From an uncultured Gammaproteobacteria bacterium (lineage in GTDB: Bacteria > Pseudomonadota > Gammaproteobacteria > DRLM01), in contig CAVSNY010000003.1 in assembly GCA_963729605.1 (NCBI GenBank), positions 128,001 to 192,000 of the forward strand: DNA of 64,000 nucleotides. The letters run 5' to 3'. Below are positions 1 through 10,711 of this stretch, in pieces (positions within the stretch are counted from its first letter, which is position 1; every line of letters starts with the position of its first letter). A program made the position numbers and the translations under genes. The notes beneath the pieces were generated by a model. The model made no database searches and had not been told where the DNA came from. It saw nothing but the letters and a program-made list of their open reading frames with translations.

Positions 1-1447
1 CATCAAGGAAATGGCCGCCGACGTGGGCAAGCCGCGCTGGGATTGGCAGGCCGCGGTAACCAATAAAGACGTGAAGGACGCGGTGCGCGAATTGGCCGCT
101 GCCGCCATCGCCGATGCCTATAACATCGCCGAGAAACAGGCGCGCCAGGACCGTCTCGCCGCGATCCGCCAGGACGTGCTGGCCAAATTGACCACCGCGC
201 CCGAAGGCCAGCAAGCCGCCTTCGGCGCCGAGGACGTGCGCAATGTCTTCGGCAGTCTGGAAAAAGAAGTGGTGCGGGGCCGCATCATCGCCGGCGAGCG
301 CCGTATCGACGGCCGCGACACCCGCTCCGTGCGTCCCATCTTCGTGCGTGTCGGCGTGTTGCCGCGCACCCACGGTTCCGCGCTGTTCACCCGCGGCGAG
401 ACCCAGGCCCTGGTGGTCGCCACCTTGGGCACGGCCCGCGACGCGCAGATGATCGACGCCATCGAAGGGGAATACCGCGAACCCTTCATGCTCCACTACA
501 ATTTCCCGCCCTCCTGCGTGGGCGAGACCGGCATGGTCGGCAGCCCCAAGCGCCGCGAGATCGGCCACGGCCGTTTGGCCAAACGCGGCGTGATGGCGGT
601 GATGCCCGACATGACCGAATATCCGTATTCGGTGCGGGTGGTGTCGGAGATCACCGAGTCCAACGGCTCCAGCTCGATGGCCTCGGTGTGCGGCTCCAGC
701 CTGGCGATGATGGACGCCGGCGTACCCTTGACCGCGCCCGTCGCCGGTATCGCCATGGGCTTGATCAAAGAGAAAGAGCGCTTCGTGGTGCTGAGCGACA
801 TCCTCGGCGATGAAGATCATCTCGGCGACATGGACTTCAAAGTGGCGGGCACCACGTCGGGTGTCACCGCCTTGCAGATGGACATCAAGATCACCGGCAT
901 CACCCGCGAGATCATGTCCGCCGCCCTGGATCAGGCCAAAGAAGGCCGCATCCACATCCTCGGCGAGATGGCCAAGGTCATGAGCAGCCCGCGCAGCGAG
1001 TTGTCCGAATACGCGCCGCGCTACATCACCATGAAGATCAATCCCGAACGCATCCGCGACGTGATCGGCAAGGGCGGCGCCACCATCCGCGCCCTCACCG
1101 AGGAGACCGGCACCGAGATCGACATCACCGACGACGGCACCATCAAGATCGCCTCGGTGGACAAGGCCGCCGGCCTCGAAGCGCAACGCCGCATCGAAGA
1201 GATCACCGCCGACGTGGAAGTGGGCAAGGTCTACGAAGGCCGGGTCGCCAAGATCATGGACTTCGGCGCCTTCGTCAGCATCCTGCCCGGCAAAGACGGC
1301 CTGGTGCACATCTCGCAAATCTCCGAGGAGCGCGTCCAGAACGTCAGCGACAAGCTCAACGAGGGCGACATCGTCAAGGTCAAGGTCTTGGAGATCGACA
1401 AACAGGGCCGGGTCCGCCTCAGCATCAAGGCGGTGGACGAAGCCTGA
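1..1447 (+). CDS. pnp: Polyribonucleotide nucleotidyltransferase (PNPase), 5'-truncated by the window edge
   Basis: RNase PH motifs ([33 protein letters not shown]), KH (IGKGG) and S1 (DGLVHISQI) domains; frame is open to the window start. Confidence 0.98.
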   Translation, partial: IKEMAADVGKPRWDWQAAVTNKDVKDAVRELAAAAIADAYNIAEKQARQDRLAAIRQDVLAKLTTAPEGQQAAFGAEDVRNVFGSLEKEVVRGRIIAGERRIDGRDTRSVRPIFVRVGVLPRTHGSALFTRGETQALVVATLGTARDAQMIDAIEGEYREPFMLHYNFPPSCVGETGMVGSPKRREIGHGRLAKRGVMAVMPDMTEYPYSVRVVSEITESNGSSSMASVCGSSLAMMDAGVPLTAPVAGIAMGLIKEKERFVVLSDILGDEDHLGDMDFKVAGTTSGVTALQMDIKITGITREIMSAALDQAKEGRIHILGEMAKVMSSPRSELSEYAPRYITMKINPERIRDVIGKGGATIRALTEETGTEIDITDDGTIKIASVDKAAGLEAQRRIEEITADVEVGKVYEGRVAKIMDFGAFVSILPGKDGLVHISQISEERVQNVSDKLNEGDIVKVKVLEIDKQGRVRLSIKAVDEA

Positions 1448-1466
1448 GCTTCATCTGGATAGGCAA

Positions 1467-1497
1467 AATAAAAAGGGGCGCAAGCCCCTTTTTTATT
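1467..1497 (+). terminator. Intrinsic terminator after pnp
   Basis: AATAAAAAGGGGC-GCAA-GCCCCTTTTTTATT hairpin with T-tract. Confidence 0.9.
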
Positions 1498-1520
1498 GGC
1501 CGGCCGGAAGGGGCGGGGGT

Positions 1521-1548
1521 CTTGAAACCGGGTTGGCCGTCCCTATTT
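1521..1548 (+). promoter_or_regulatory. Sigma32 (RpoH)-type heat-shock promoter
   Basis: CTTGAAA-N13-CCCTATTT resembles the consensus CTTGAAA-N13-14-CCCCATNT and lies directly upstream of an Hsp20 gene. Confidence 0.8.
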
Positions 1549-1610
1549 TCTTAGCAAGTCCCCGCACGGGGCGAGTTGGAGATTTTGAGAATCATTGAAA
1601 GGAGGACGTT

Positions 1611-2057
1611 ATGGCACTGGCAACGTATGACCCCTTCGCATTGATGAATCAATTGCAGAAAGAAGTGAATCGCCTGTTCGATTCCCGCATCGACGACGGG
1701 CGCGGAGAACACGGCGCCGCCGTCACCAGCGACTGGGTACCCCTGGTCGATGTGCAGGAAGAGGCCGAGCGTTATGTGATCTACGCCGACATTCCCGGCG
1801 TCGAGCTGCCGGATATCGACATCACCATGGAAAACGCCGTGTTGATCATCCGCGGCAAACGCGCTGAACAAACGGCCCCCGCCGGCAACGGCTACAAACG
1901 CCGCGAACGGCCGAGCGGCCTGTTTTATCGCCGCTTCGTCATGCCCGACACCGCCGACGCCGAGGGCATCACCGCCCAGGCCAAACACGGCGTGCTGCAA
2001 ATCGTCATCCCCAAACGGCAAAAGGCCGTGGCGCGGCGTATTCAAATAGAAGGCTGA
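1611..2057 (+). CDS. Hsp20/alpha-crystallin small heat-shock protein
   Basis: WVPLVDVQE, ADIPGV, RRERPSGLFYRRF, HGVLQIVIPK, C-terminal IQI; AGGAGG RBS. Confidence 0.95.
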   Translation: MALATYDPFALMNQLQKEVNRLFDSRIDDGRGEHGAAVTSDWVPLVDVQEEAERYVIYADIPGVELPDIDITMENAVLIIRGKRAEQTAPAGNGYKRRERPSGLFYRRFVMPDTADAEGITAQAKHGVLQIVIPKRQKAVARRIQIEG

Positions 2058-2070
2058 ACTCGGCGCACTC

Positions 2071-2093
2071 ATCCCCCGGCTTTGCCGGGGGAT
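2071..2093. repeat. GC hairpin ATCCCCCGGCTTTGCCGGGGGAT (terminator-like, or IS200/IS605-end-like)
   Basis: Perfect inverted repeat just after hsp20. Confidence 0.5.
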
Positions 2094-2330
2094 TTGTCGT
2101 GGACGTCCGTCAGCGCCTTAATTTCCCGCCTATCGCCGAGTCGGCGGACGGCGTGTTCTATTTTTAAATTAACGATAGCGGACCTGGATAGCAGTATGGG
2201 ACTCGCCCTGGTATCCCTATCGCCCTTTGCAAGGCCGGCGACGGCCGGGGAAGTCACGGCGAGTTTCGCGCAAGTGGCGAAACATGATGATCGGCGGCCG
2301 TAACAGCAGGCGAGTAGATTGGCTTCGAAC

Positions 2331-2363
2331 AAAAAGGATGCCCCCGCGGGAGCGTCCTTTTTT
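2331..2363 (-). terminator. Intrinsic terminator after acs (possibly bidirectional)
   Basis: AAAAAGGATGC...GCGTCCTTTTTT hairpin between convergent genes. Confidence 0.75.
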
Positions 2364-2375
2364 ATGGGCGGACGT

Positions 2376-4343
2376 TTATTGTTTGCCTTGCAGCTGCAAG
2401 AGGATCGCTTCGTTTTCCAAGGTGGACGTGTCTTGGGTGATGGCTTCGCCGGCCGCGATGCTGCGCAGCAGGCGCCGCATGATTTTTCCTGAACGCGTTT
2501 TCGGCAGATTGTCCGCGTAGCGAATGTCGTCCGGTTTGGCGATGGCGCCGATTTGTTCCGCCACCCAGGCGCGCAATTCGGCGGTTAATGCCTCGTCGAC
2601 GCCGCCGGCGGGGCGTTCGCCCTTCAAGACCACATAGGCGAAGATCGCCTCGCCCTTGATCTCATCGGGCCGGCCGACCACCGCCGCTTCGGCGACGCGC
2701 GGATGCGCGACCAGGGCCGATTCCACTTCCATGGTGCCGAGACGATGGCCGGAGACGTTGAGCACGTCGTCGATGCGGCCCATGATCCAGAAGTAACCGT
2801 CGCGGTCACGGCGCGCGCTGTCGCCGGCCAGATAATACCGGCCGCCGAACTTGCCCCAATAGGTTTGGACGTAACGCGCGTGATCGCCCCAAATCGTGCG
2901 CAACATGGACGGCCAGGGTTTTTTGATGACGAGATAACCGCCTTTATCCGCTACGGTGATGCTATTGCCTTGTTCGTCGACCACGTCGGCGGCGATGCCG
3001 GGCAAGGGCAGGGTGCAGGAACCGGGTTTGGTCGGCACCGCGCCCGGTATCGGCGCGATCATGTGCGCGCCGGTTTCGGTTTGCCACCAGGTATCGACGA
3101 TGGGGCAGCGTTCGCGGCCGATGACGCGGTGATACCACATCCACGCCTCCGGGTTGATCGGTTCGCCCACGGTGCCGAGCAGACGCAGCGTGGATAAATC
3201 GTAACGGGCGGGGATCGCGTCGCCGTGTTTCATGAGCGCGCGGATCGCGGTGGGCGCGGTATAAAAAATCGTGACGCGGTGGTCTTGGCACAACTTCCAG
3301 AAACGCCCGGTGTCGGGTACGGCGGGCGAGCCTTCGTAGATCACCATGGTGGCGCCGCAGGCGAGCGGGCCGTAAGCGACGTAACTGTGGCCGGTGATCC
3401 AGCCGACATCGGCGGTGCACCAGAATACGTCGTCGTCGCGGATGTCGAACACCCACCGCATGGTGACGATGGCGCCGAGCAGATAACCGGCGCTGGAGTG
3501 CTGTATGCCTTTGGGTTTGCCGGTGGAGCCGGAGGTGTAGAGCAGGAACAAGGGGTGTTCGCTCTCGACCCACACCGGTTCGCATCGCGCGTCTTGATCG
3601 GCGATGGCGTCGGACCACCACACATCGCGGCCCGCTTGCATGGGCACGTCATGACCGCTGCGTTTATACACGATGACCTTTTCGATGCTGGCGCAGCCAT
3701 GACTCAGCGCCTTGTCGGCGGCGGCTTTGAGCTCGACGATTTTACCGCCGCGATGGCCACCGTCGGCGGTGATGAGCAACTTCGCGCCGGCGTCTTCGAT
3801 GCGGTCTTTCAGCGACTCGGCGGAGAAGCCGCCGAACACCACCGAGTGGATCGCGCCGATCCGCGCGCAGGCCTGCATGGCGATCACCGCCTCGGGGATC
3901 ATCGGCATGTAGATCACCACCCGGTCGCCCTTGACCACGCCTTGCGCCTTCAGCGCGTTGGCGAAGCGGCAGACTTGTTGATGCAATTCCGCGTAGCTGA
4001 TGCGGAGGGTGTCGCCTTGTTCGCCTTCGAAAATGATCGCGGTTTTAGCGCCATGTTCGGCCAATTGGCGGTCCAGGCAATTGTAAGACACATTCAAGGT
4101 GCCTTCCGTGAACCACTGATAACGCGGCGCGGCGCTGCTGTCGAGGCTGGTTTGAAACGGGCTGCGCCAGCTCAGTTCTTTGCGCGCGAGATCGGCCCAA
4201 AAGCCGGTGTGGTCGGCGGCGGCGTGTTCGCGCAGGGCGGCGAGTTCCTCGGCGGATCGGATGCGGGCGCGTTGGGTGAAGGCGGGAGACGGGGCAAACT
4301 GACGTTCTTCCTGCAAAATGGAATCAATGTTGTCGTTGCTCAT
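2376..4343 (-). CDS. acs: Acetyl-CoA synthetase
   Basis: [31 protein letters not shown]; start placed at MSNDNI behind a GGAG RBS. Confidence 0.97.
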   Translation of the reverse strand: MSNDNIDSILQEERQFAPSPAFTQRARIRSAEELAALREHAAADHTGFWADLARKELSWRSPFQTSLDSSAAPRYQWFTEGTLNVSYNCLDRQLAEHGAKTAIIFEGEQGDTLRISYAELHQQVCRFANALKAQGVVKGDRVVIYMPMIPEAVIAMQACARIGAIHSVVFGGFSAESLKDRIEDAGAKLLITADGGHRGGKIVELKAAADKALSHGCASIEKVIVYKRSGHDVPMQAGRDVWWSDAIADQDARCEPVWVESEHPLFLLYTSGSTGKPKGIQHSSAGYLLGAIVTMRWVFDIRDDDVFWCTADVGWITGHSYVAYGPLACGATMVIYEGSPAVPDTGRFWKLCQDHRVTIFYTAPTAIRALMKHGDAIPARYDLSTLRLLGTVGEPINPEAWMWYHRVIGRERCPIVDTWWQTETGAHMIAPIPGAVPTKPGSCTLPLPGIAADVVDEQGNSITVADKGGYLVIKKPWPSMLRTIWGDHARYVQTYWGKFGGRYYLAGDSARRDRDGYFWIMGRIDDVLNVSGHRLGTMEVESALVAHPRVAEAAVVGRPDEIKGEAIFAYVVLKGERPAGGVDEALTAELRAWVAEQIGAIAKPDDIRYADNLPKTRSGKIMRRLLRSIAAGEAITQDTSTLENEAILLQLQGKQ

Positions 4344-4674
4344 GGGGTCTCCCGAACTGGCTGTGCGATGGGTTCGTGCTGAACGCACATGTTACTAGAA
4401 CCTAGCTCGAAATTAGAATATATATCCCAAGCTGGACTGAAGCGTATTCCCCTCTCCCGCAGAATCCGCGAACAAGCGCGAAGCGCCTAGCGCCGCGTAG
4501 GGCGGGCGGGTGAAACGATAGATGAAGCGGCGGGCGATGCGCAGCGCCCTATTGCAGGGGCGCCCATGACGAAAACCGCCACCCCGTGACGGCATGGGGG
4601 CAATTTCAAATCGAGTGCGAGTGGTGGGAAGACCCGGCTCGCCAGGCGGCGAACCGGCCATTTGGAGACGAAGC

Positions 4675-5277
4675 TCAATCGCCCAATTGTTTTTCGCGGA
4701 TCTCGTCCAGGGTTTTACAGTCGATGCACAAGGTGGCGGTGGGACGCGCCTCGAGACGGCGGATGCCGATCTCCACGCCGCAGCTTTCGCATTCGCCGTA
4801 TTCATTGGCTTCCAAACGCGCCAGCGCCTCGTCGATCTTCTTGATGAGTTTGCGTTCGCGATCGCGCGCGCGCAATTCCAAGGTGAAGTCCGACTCTTGC
4901 GAGGCGCGGTCGTTGGGATCGGGAAAGTTGGCCGCTTCGTCCTGCATGTAATGCATGGTGCGATCCACTTCTTCCATCAGGTCCCGTTTCCACGCATGGA
5001 GGATGCCGCGGAAGTGGGCCACTTGCTGCTCGTTCATGTACTCCTCGTCCTTCTTGATCGGATAGGGCTTGAAGTCTTTGAACGAGGTATTCAAGGAACC
5101 GGCGGGTGTCACCGCTTTGGGCGCGGCGGCCGGGCTGGCGCTTTTACTTTTGGTGCTGGCGGCAGGCGTGGTCTTTTGCGGCGCGGCTTTTTTCACGGCC
5201 GGTTTGGGTTGAGGCGAGGCCTTTTTATTGCCCTTGGGGGCGGTCGCTTTGGCGCTCGCTTTTTTCGTAGCTGGCAT
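4675..5277 (-). CDS. dksA: RNA polymerase-binding protein DksA with a Lys/Ala/Pro-rich N-terminal extension
   Basis: [18 protein letters not shown] tip, YGECESCG...[16 protein letters not shown] zinc finger. Confidence 0.95.
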   Translation of the reverse strand: MPATKKASAKATAPKGNKKASPQPKPAVKKAAPQKTTPAASTKSKSASPAAAPKAVTPAGSLNTSFKDFKPYPIKKDEEYMNEQQVAHFRGILHAWKRDLMEEVDRTMHYMQDEAANFPDPNDRASQESDFTLELRARDRERKLIKKIDEALARLEANEYGECESCGVEIGIRRLEARPTATLCIDCKTLDEIREKQLGD

Positions 5278-5461
5278 GCTTGGCGTCTCCTGCCTGAGAT
5301 AAAGCTCGTTTCTATACCAAAACCCTAGTGTGGACGCAACAACTGTTTATGACGGGCTTAGGGGAAGCCGGCCCCAACTTACCCCGATTGCCGCGGAGGT
5401 GTGCGTCGCCCGGCTATGATAGCATATTGAACTGGCGTTAATTTTTAATGGGTAGAGCGGT

Positions 5462-6268
5462 ATGAGCAATGATTTGCAAGCGGTGATTTTCGACGTGGAC
5501 GGCACCTTGGCCGACACGGAATTACACGGCCACAGGGTGGCCTTCAACCAGGCCTTCGCGGAGGCCGGTTTGGATTGGACATGGTCTCCCGCGCTGTATG
5601 GTGAACTGCTGAAGGTGACCGGCGGCAAAGAACGGATTCGTCGTTACATCGACGAATATGTGCCGGGCTTCAGCGGCCCCGCCGATTTGGACGGTTTCAT
5701 CGCCGGCCTGCACCGCGCCAAGAACGGCCACTACGCCGCGCTGGCCGCCGCGGGTGAAATTCCCTTGCGGCCGGGCGTGCGGCGTTTGCTGGACGAGGCG
5801 CGCGCGGCGGGTCTGCGGCTGGCCATCGCCACGACGACCTCCTTCGAAAACGTCGAGGCCTTGTTGACCCACGCCCTGGCCGCCGACGCCATGAACTGGT
5901 TTGAAGTGATAGCCGCCGGGGATGTGGTGCCGGCCAAAAAACCCGCGCCGGACATCTATCACTACACCCTGCGTGAGCTGGGTCTGCCGGCCTCGGCCTG
6001 CCTGGCCCTGGAGGATTCGGCCAACGGCCTGCGTTCCGCGCTGGCGGCGGCGATACCCACGCTGGTCACCGTTTGTGATTATACGCGGCAGGATCATTTC
6101 GGCGGCGCGGCGCTGGTGGTGGATCAACTCGGCGAGCCGGGTCAGCCGTTCAATCTGATCGACGGCGAATGGGACGACACCTCGGCGGCCTGGATCGACG
6201 TGGCGGCCTTGCGGCGCATCCATCGCCGCGCCGCGCAGGGCGGCGACTTCCGGCAGGCGGCGCGGTGA
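5462..6268 (+). CDS. cbbY: HAD-IA hydrolase, CbbY family
   Basis: FDVDGTLADTE-HGHRVAFN, VTGGKERI, KKPAPDIY, EDSANG. Confidence 0.8.
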   Translation: MSNDLQAVIFDVDGTLADTELHGHRVAFNQAFAEAGLDWTWSPALYGELLKVTGGKERIRRYIDEYVPGFSGPADLDGFIAGLHRAKNGHYAALAAAGEIPLRPGVRRLLDEARAAGLRLAIATTTSFENVEALLTHALAADAMNWFEVIAAGDVVPAKKPAPDIYHYTLRELGLPASACLALEDSANGLRSALAAAIPTLVTVCDYTRQDHFGGAALVVDQLGEPGQPFNLIDGEWDDTSAAWIDVAALRRIHRRAAQGGDFRQAAR

Positions 6269-6286
6269 GCGGGCACGGGGCGCGGC

Positions 6287-7468
6287 GTGGCTGAACGGCC
6301 GTCGCCGCTCTCGGCGCGGGCGGCGCAGATCGCGCCGTTCTACGTGATGGAACTGCTGGCGCGGGCGCGGGCCCTGGAGGCGGCGGGGCGTTCCATCGTG
6401 CACATGGAGATCGGTGAGCCCGACTTCGTGACGCCGGCGCCCATCGTCGAGGCGGGCCTGCACGCGCTGCGCGAAGGCCGTACCCATTACACCCCGACGC
6501 TCGGTCTGCCGGCGCTGCGCGAGGCCATCAGCGAATTTTATCGCCAGTGCTACGGGGTGGCCGTGGCGGCGGAGCGCATCATCGTCACGCCCGGTGCGTC
6601 GGGGGCTTTGCAACTCGCTTTGGCGGTGCTGGTCGACCCCGGCCGCGAGGTGCTGATCGCCGATCCGGGTTATCCCTCCAACCGTCACCTGGTGCGTCTG
6701 TTCGACGGCAAGGCGGTGGGTCTGCCGGTCGGCGCCGGGCAGCACTTCCAATTGACCGCCGCGCAGATCGCCGCGGCCTGGACGCCTGACAGCGTGGCGG
6801 TCTTGCTGGCCTCGCCGTCGAACCCCACCGGCACCTTGGTCGCCGATGAACAGTTGGCCCGGATCATTTCCGAGGTCGAGACGCGGGGCGGCCGGGTCAT
6901 CGTCGACGAGATTTATCAAGGGCTGGTCTACGGCGACGCCGCGTCCAGCACCGCCTTGGCCTTGTCCAGCGAAGTCTTCGTCGTCAACAGCTTCTCCAAA
7001 TACTTCGGCATGACCGGTTGGCGTGTGGGTTGGCTGGTGGCGCCCGAGGAATACGTGCCGGCGCTGGATCGGCTGGCGCAGAATATGTTTCTGGCCGCCT
7101 CGACCCCGGCGCAATATGCGGCCCTGGCGGCGTTCCGGCCCGAGACCCTGGCGATATTGGAGACGCGGCGGCGGGAATTCGCGCGGCGCCGCGACTATCT
7201 CATCCCGGCCCTCCGCGAATTGGGTTTCGACATCCCCGTCGTGCCCGGCGGCGCGTTTTATGTCTATGCCGACTGCCGAAGATTCACCGACGACAGCTTC
7301 GCCTTCGCCATGGCGCTGCTGGAAAAGGCCGGGGTGTGCATCACCCCCGGTCTGGATTTCGGCACGCACCAGCCCGCCCGTTATTTGCGTTTCGCCTACA
7401 CCACCTCGTTTGAACAATTGCAGGAAGGCGTGCGGCGTTTGCGGGGCTATCTGTCCGCGCGGCCTTGA
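6287..7468 (+). CDS. PLP-dependent class I/II aminotransferase
   Basis: IGEPDF, SPSNPTG, DEIY, NSFSKYFGMTGWRVG. Confidence 0.93.
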   Translation: MAERPSPLSARAAQIAPFYVMELLARARALEAAGRSIVHMEIGEPDFVTPAPIVEAGLHALREGRTHYTPTLGLPALREAISEFYRQCYGVAVAAERIIVTPGASGALQLALAVLVDPGREVLIADPGYPSNRHLVRLFDGKAVGLPVGAGQHFQLTAAQIAAAWTPDSVAVLLASPSNPTGTLVADEQLARIISEVETRGGRVIVDEIYQGLVYGDAASSTALALSSEVFVVNSFSKYFGMTGWRVGWLVAPEEYVPALDRLAQNMFLAASTPAQYAALAAFRPETLAILETRRREFARRRDYLIPALRELGFDIPVVPGGAFYVYADCRRFTDDSFAFAMALLEKAGVCITPGLDFGTHQPARYLRFAYTTSFEQLQEGVRRLRGYLSARP

Positions 7469-7546
7469 GCGCCTTGTGAAAAACGCAGAAAAATTTGTCG
7501 CTCATGGCGAGCGCGGGTGTCGTGGCTATCTCTTCAGGCAGCCCGC

Positions 7547-7578
7547 GTAGGATGCGGTGAATGCAATGAACCCGCATC
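7547..7578 (+). repeat. GTAG-type REP-like palindrome
   Basis: GTAGGATGCGG...CCGCATC; a related copy lies at 27114-27148. Confidence 0.55.
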
Positions 7579-7869
7579 GATCGCGAGAGGCGAGAGTGAG
7601 GAAAAGAGCAACCCTTCAATAGCTGGTATCGCCGTGCTCGTATAAGGGGAGCCAGCCCAATTTGAGTTCGGATCGGGCCTGATCAGCCAGATCTCGGTAG
7701 TTCTCTGGAGAGGGAAATTATCGCGGCGGTTTTTTGAATCCCCCACGTCGTGTATCCACCCCGTCGGCGCCTCCTCCGCACTAGTGAGTGCGCATCACCG
7801 CCGCGCCGATCAAGAAACACCTCCGCGCGTCGATCAATGTGATGGGACTACACAACAGGTGATCAGCGC

Positions 7870-9036
7870 GTGGCGGAGAGCATCATCAAGCTGGACGATG
7901 AGCGGCGTAATTTGGCCGCTGCCGGCGGCGAACAACCGCGGAGCGGGATGGCCATACCCTGGACGATATTCGATGGCGAGCGCCGTTTGCTGTTGCGCAA
8001 GGGCGCGCCGATCCCGTCGGACACGCCTCTCCGCGAGCTGCTGGCGCATGCCGTGTATCGCACCGGCGCGGACGGTGAGCGGCCAGTGCGGGACGAGGTT
8101 CATCACGCCGAACAAGACGACGCCAAGACGACATTTTTCGTCATCGCCGAATTGATGGCGCGGCTCAATTCGCTGCTGCACGACATCGTCGACCGCCGTG
8201 CCGCGGCCACGCTGCAAGGGCTGGATCAATTGTCGCTCGCCATTCAAGTGTTGTGCGCGCGGGACGCCGACGCGGCGCTGGCGGCCATCCATCTCGACCC
8301 CGACGGCCGCTACGGCGTGCGGCATCCCATGCACTGCGCCCTGCTGGTGGAATTGGTGGCCTATCGTTTGGGCTATCAGCCGGATCAGCGCAAACAATTC
8401 GTCGCCGCCGCCTTGACCGCCAACGTCGGCATGCTGGAGTTGCAGGAGCGTTTACAACGGCTGGGCCGGATCACCGCCTTGCAGCGCGACGAGATCAATC
8501 AACACCCCGAACACAGTGCCGCGCTGTTGCGGGAAGCGGGCGTGACCAACGAGGATTGGCTGGAGACGGTGTTGCAACACCACGAACGCATGGACGGCGG
8601 CGGTTATCCGCGCGGCTGGGCGGGTGAGCGGATTCACCCCGGCGCGCGCGTGCTCGCCTTGGCGGACATTTATCACGCCAAGATTTCGGAACGCGGCTCG
8701 CGGCCCCCGATGTTGCCCACCCAGGCCCTGCGCCAGATGTTCCTCGGGCAAGACCAGGAAGTCGATCAAACCATGGCCCGGGTATTCATCAAGGAACTGG
8801 GCGTCTATCCGCCCGGCGCCTTCGTGCGTTTGCACAACGGCGAGCTGGCGGTGGTGACCCACCGTGGCCTCGACGGCGTGGTGCCGCGCGTGGCGAGCGT
8901 GATCAGTCCGCGCGGTTCGGCTTATCCGCGGCCGCTGCCGCGCGAGACGTCACGCCGCGAATACGCGGTGCAAGAAACCGCCGAACGCGACGAGTCGATA
9001 TTGGTGACGGATTTATTGCCGCTGTGGGCCGAATGA
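7870..9036 (+). CDS. HD-GYP domain protein with a degenerate HD motif
   Basis: HHERMDGGGYPRG and LGVYPPGAFV present; AALTANVG replaces the usual ALLHDIG. Confidence 0.85.
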   Translation: MAESIIKLDDERRNLAAAGGEQPRSGMAIPWTIFDGERRLLLRKGAPIPSDTPLRELLAHAVYRTGADGERPVRDEVHHAEQDDAKTTFFVIAELMARLNSLLHDIVDRRAAATLQGLDQLSLAIQVLCARDADAALAAIHLDPDGRYGVRHPMHCALLVELVAYRLGYQPDQRKQFVAAALTANVGMLELQERLQRLGRITALQRDEINQHPEHSAALLREAGVTNEDWLETVLQHHERMDGGGYPRGWAGERIHPGARVLALADIYHAKISERGSRPPMLPTQALRQMFLGQDQEVDQTMARVFIKELGVYPPGAFVRLHNGELAVVTHRGLDGVVPRVASVISPRGSAYPRPLPRETSRREYAVQETAERDESILVTDLLPLWAE

Positions 9037-9234
9037 GGCATTGAGGTAACGCTGGCTTCGCCGGGGACTCATCAGAGTTGGATGTGTGCGTCCGAGTTTG
9101 GTCCGTGCGGCGGCCGCTGTGTGTGATTTTCTCCCCTCCTTGTCCCAAGGAGGGGTGGCCCGCAGGGCCGGGGTGGTTGCTCTTTTATGGGTGATGGATT
9201 TATTACCGCTGTGGACCGGATGCGGCATTGAGGT
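9004..9234. repeat. Composite repeat: diverged 44-bp direct repeat (9004-9047 and 9191-9234) around REP-like hairpins
   Basis: GTGACGGATTTATTGCCGCTGTGGGCCGAATGAGGCATTGAGGT vs GTGATGGATTTATTACCGCTGTGGACCGGATGCGGCATTGAGGT. Confidence 0.7.
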
Positions 9235-9361
9235 GCGCCCGGCGAGAGAGTTGCCGGTACAGGTTCTGGTGGGGCGTATCAAGATTTGACCTATGTTGCG
9301 GTATTGGATTTATCTCCGGCTTCCTCGCTTCGTCCTTAGGCTCGTCGATTGAATACGTCGC

Positions 9362-10711
9362 TCACCGATCCGCCGCCAGCAAGGCCGCGCCATAAGCCGC
9401 GTCATTGTGAGCCGGCGTGCTGACGGTGACACCCAACGCCCGCTGGCGCAGGCGCGACCACGCCGCATTGCCCGCGCCGCCGCCCACGCTGCGCACCGAA
9501 ATCGGATAAGGCGCGCCCAACTCCGCGAGCAGGCGATACCCCGCCGCCTCGATGGCGGCCATGCCTTCCAGCATCCCTTGAAAAAAGCGTAGCGGGTCGG
9601 CGGGCCGGGGTGTTAGTCGTGGCGCGAGTTGCGGATCGTTCACCGGAAACCGTTCGCCGGGCGCGGGCAGCGGATAATAATCGAGGCCGGTAGGCGCATC
9701 GCTAAGCCGCGGCGTCATGGCATCGAGTTCGGCGCGTGTGAAATGCTGCAACAACACCGCGCCGCCGCTGTTGGAGGCGCCGCCCGCCAGCCAGCGTTCG
9801 CCGAGGCGGTGGCTGTAAATTCCATGTTGCGGAGAAAACACCGGCCGCTCGGCGAGCACCTTCAACACCAGGGTCGAGCCCAACGAGGTAACCGCCTCGC
9901 CCGTTTCATGCGCGCCGGTGGCGAGAAAGGCGGCGATGCTGTCGGTGGTACCGGCCTTCACCCAAGTCTGTTCCGACAGGCCGAGTGCACGCGCGGCGGC
10001 GGGCGCGACCCGGCCGATGGTCGTGCCGGGCGGCACCACCCGCGGCAGCCAATTTATGGGCACACCCAACTGTTCCAGCCACGCCGGCCAGCGCCGTTCG
10101 ATGACGTCGTAGCCCAGCTTGAGACAATTATTTTCATCGCCGCCATCATAGCGGCCGGTCAAACGGCCGGCGATCCATTCCGCTTGATTGAGCACGCGCG
10201 CCGCGCGCGGTTGGTAGTGTGTTTGCAAATGCAGCAGCTTGGCGAGACCGGAAGAGGCACCGTGGGCGCCGCTGGCGGGCGGGGCCACAACCGCGATGCG
10301 GCGCGCCTCGTCTTGCGCCCGGCTGTCGTTGTACATCAGGCCCGGCGTGAGCGGCGTTCCGTCTTCATCGCAGAGCAAGACGCTGCCCGAGGTGCCGTCC
10401 ACCGCCAGCGCCGTTATTCGGGCGAGGGGTAATTGTTCGCCGAGGGCGCGGATCACTTCAGTTACCGCCCGCCACCACAATTCCGGGTCTTGTTCGCAAC
10501 GCGGACCGTCGCGCATCGGCGGTGGCAGGTCCACGCCGGCCTTGCCCACCACCTCCCGCCGCGCGTCGATGACCATCGCCCGGCAACCCGAGGTGCCGAG
10601 GTCGATGCCGAGGAAGAGGGGGGCGGAATGCGGTCCCTGATTTTGAGAATTACCGGCGAGCGTGGCATTCGGCAACCGCCGGGAGAAGTCGCTGGAGTCA
10701 TGCCGGACCAT
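9362..10711 (-). CDS. FGGY-family carbohydrate kinase (D-ribulose/xylulose kinase-like); start uncertain
   Basis: GIDLGTSGCR, DGTSGS, GTTDSIAAF, GGASNSGG, GERFP. Confidence 0.88.
   Translation of the reverse strand: MVRHDSSDFSRRLPNATLAGNSQNQGPHSAPLFLGIDLGTSGCRAMVIDARREVVGKAGVDLPPPMRDGPRCEQDPELWWRAVTEVIRALGEQLPLARITALAVDGTSGSVLLCDEDGTPLTPGLMYNDSRAQDEARRIAVVAPPASGAHGASSGLAKLLHLQTHYQPRAARVLNQAEWIAGRLTGRYDGGDENNCLKLGYDVIERRWPAWLEQLGVPINWLPRVVPPGTTIGRVAPAAARALGLSEQTWVKAGTTDSIAAFLATGAHETGEAVTSLGSTLVLKVLAERPVFSPQHGIYSHRLGERWLAGGASNSGGAVLLQHFTRAELDAMTPRLSDAPTGLDYYPLPAPGERFPVNDPQLAPRLTPRPADPLRFFQGMLEGMAAIEAAGYRLLAELGAPYPISVRSVGGGAGNAAWSRLRQRALGVTVSTPAHNDAAYGAALLAADR

Noticed and set aside
7700-7720. 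Glycine-riboswitch-like CTCTGGAGAG
   Set aside because: The downstream CCGAAG and CTCAGG elements are absent, and there is no glycine-related gene
9050-9085. Hammerhead-like CTGATGA-stem-GAA on the minus strand
   Set aside because: GAAG instead of GAAA, no convincing stems I and III, and the homologous copy at 49.2 kb reads TTGATGA
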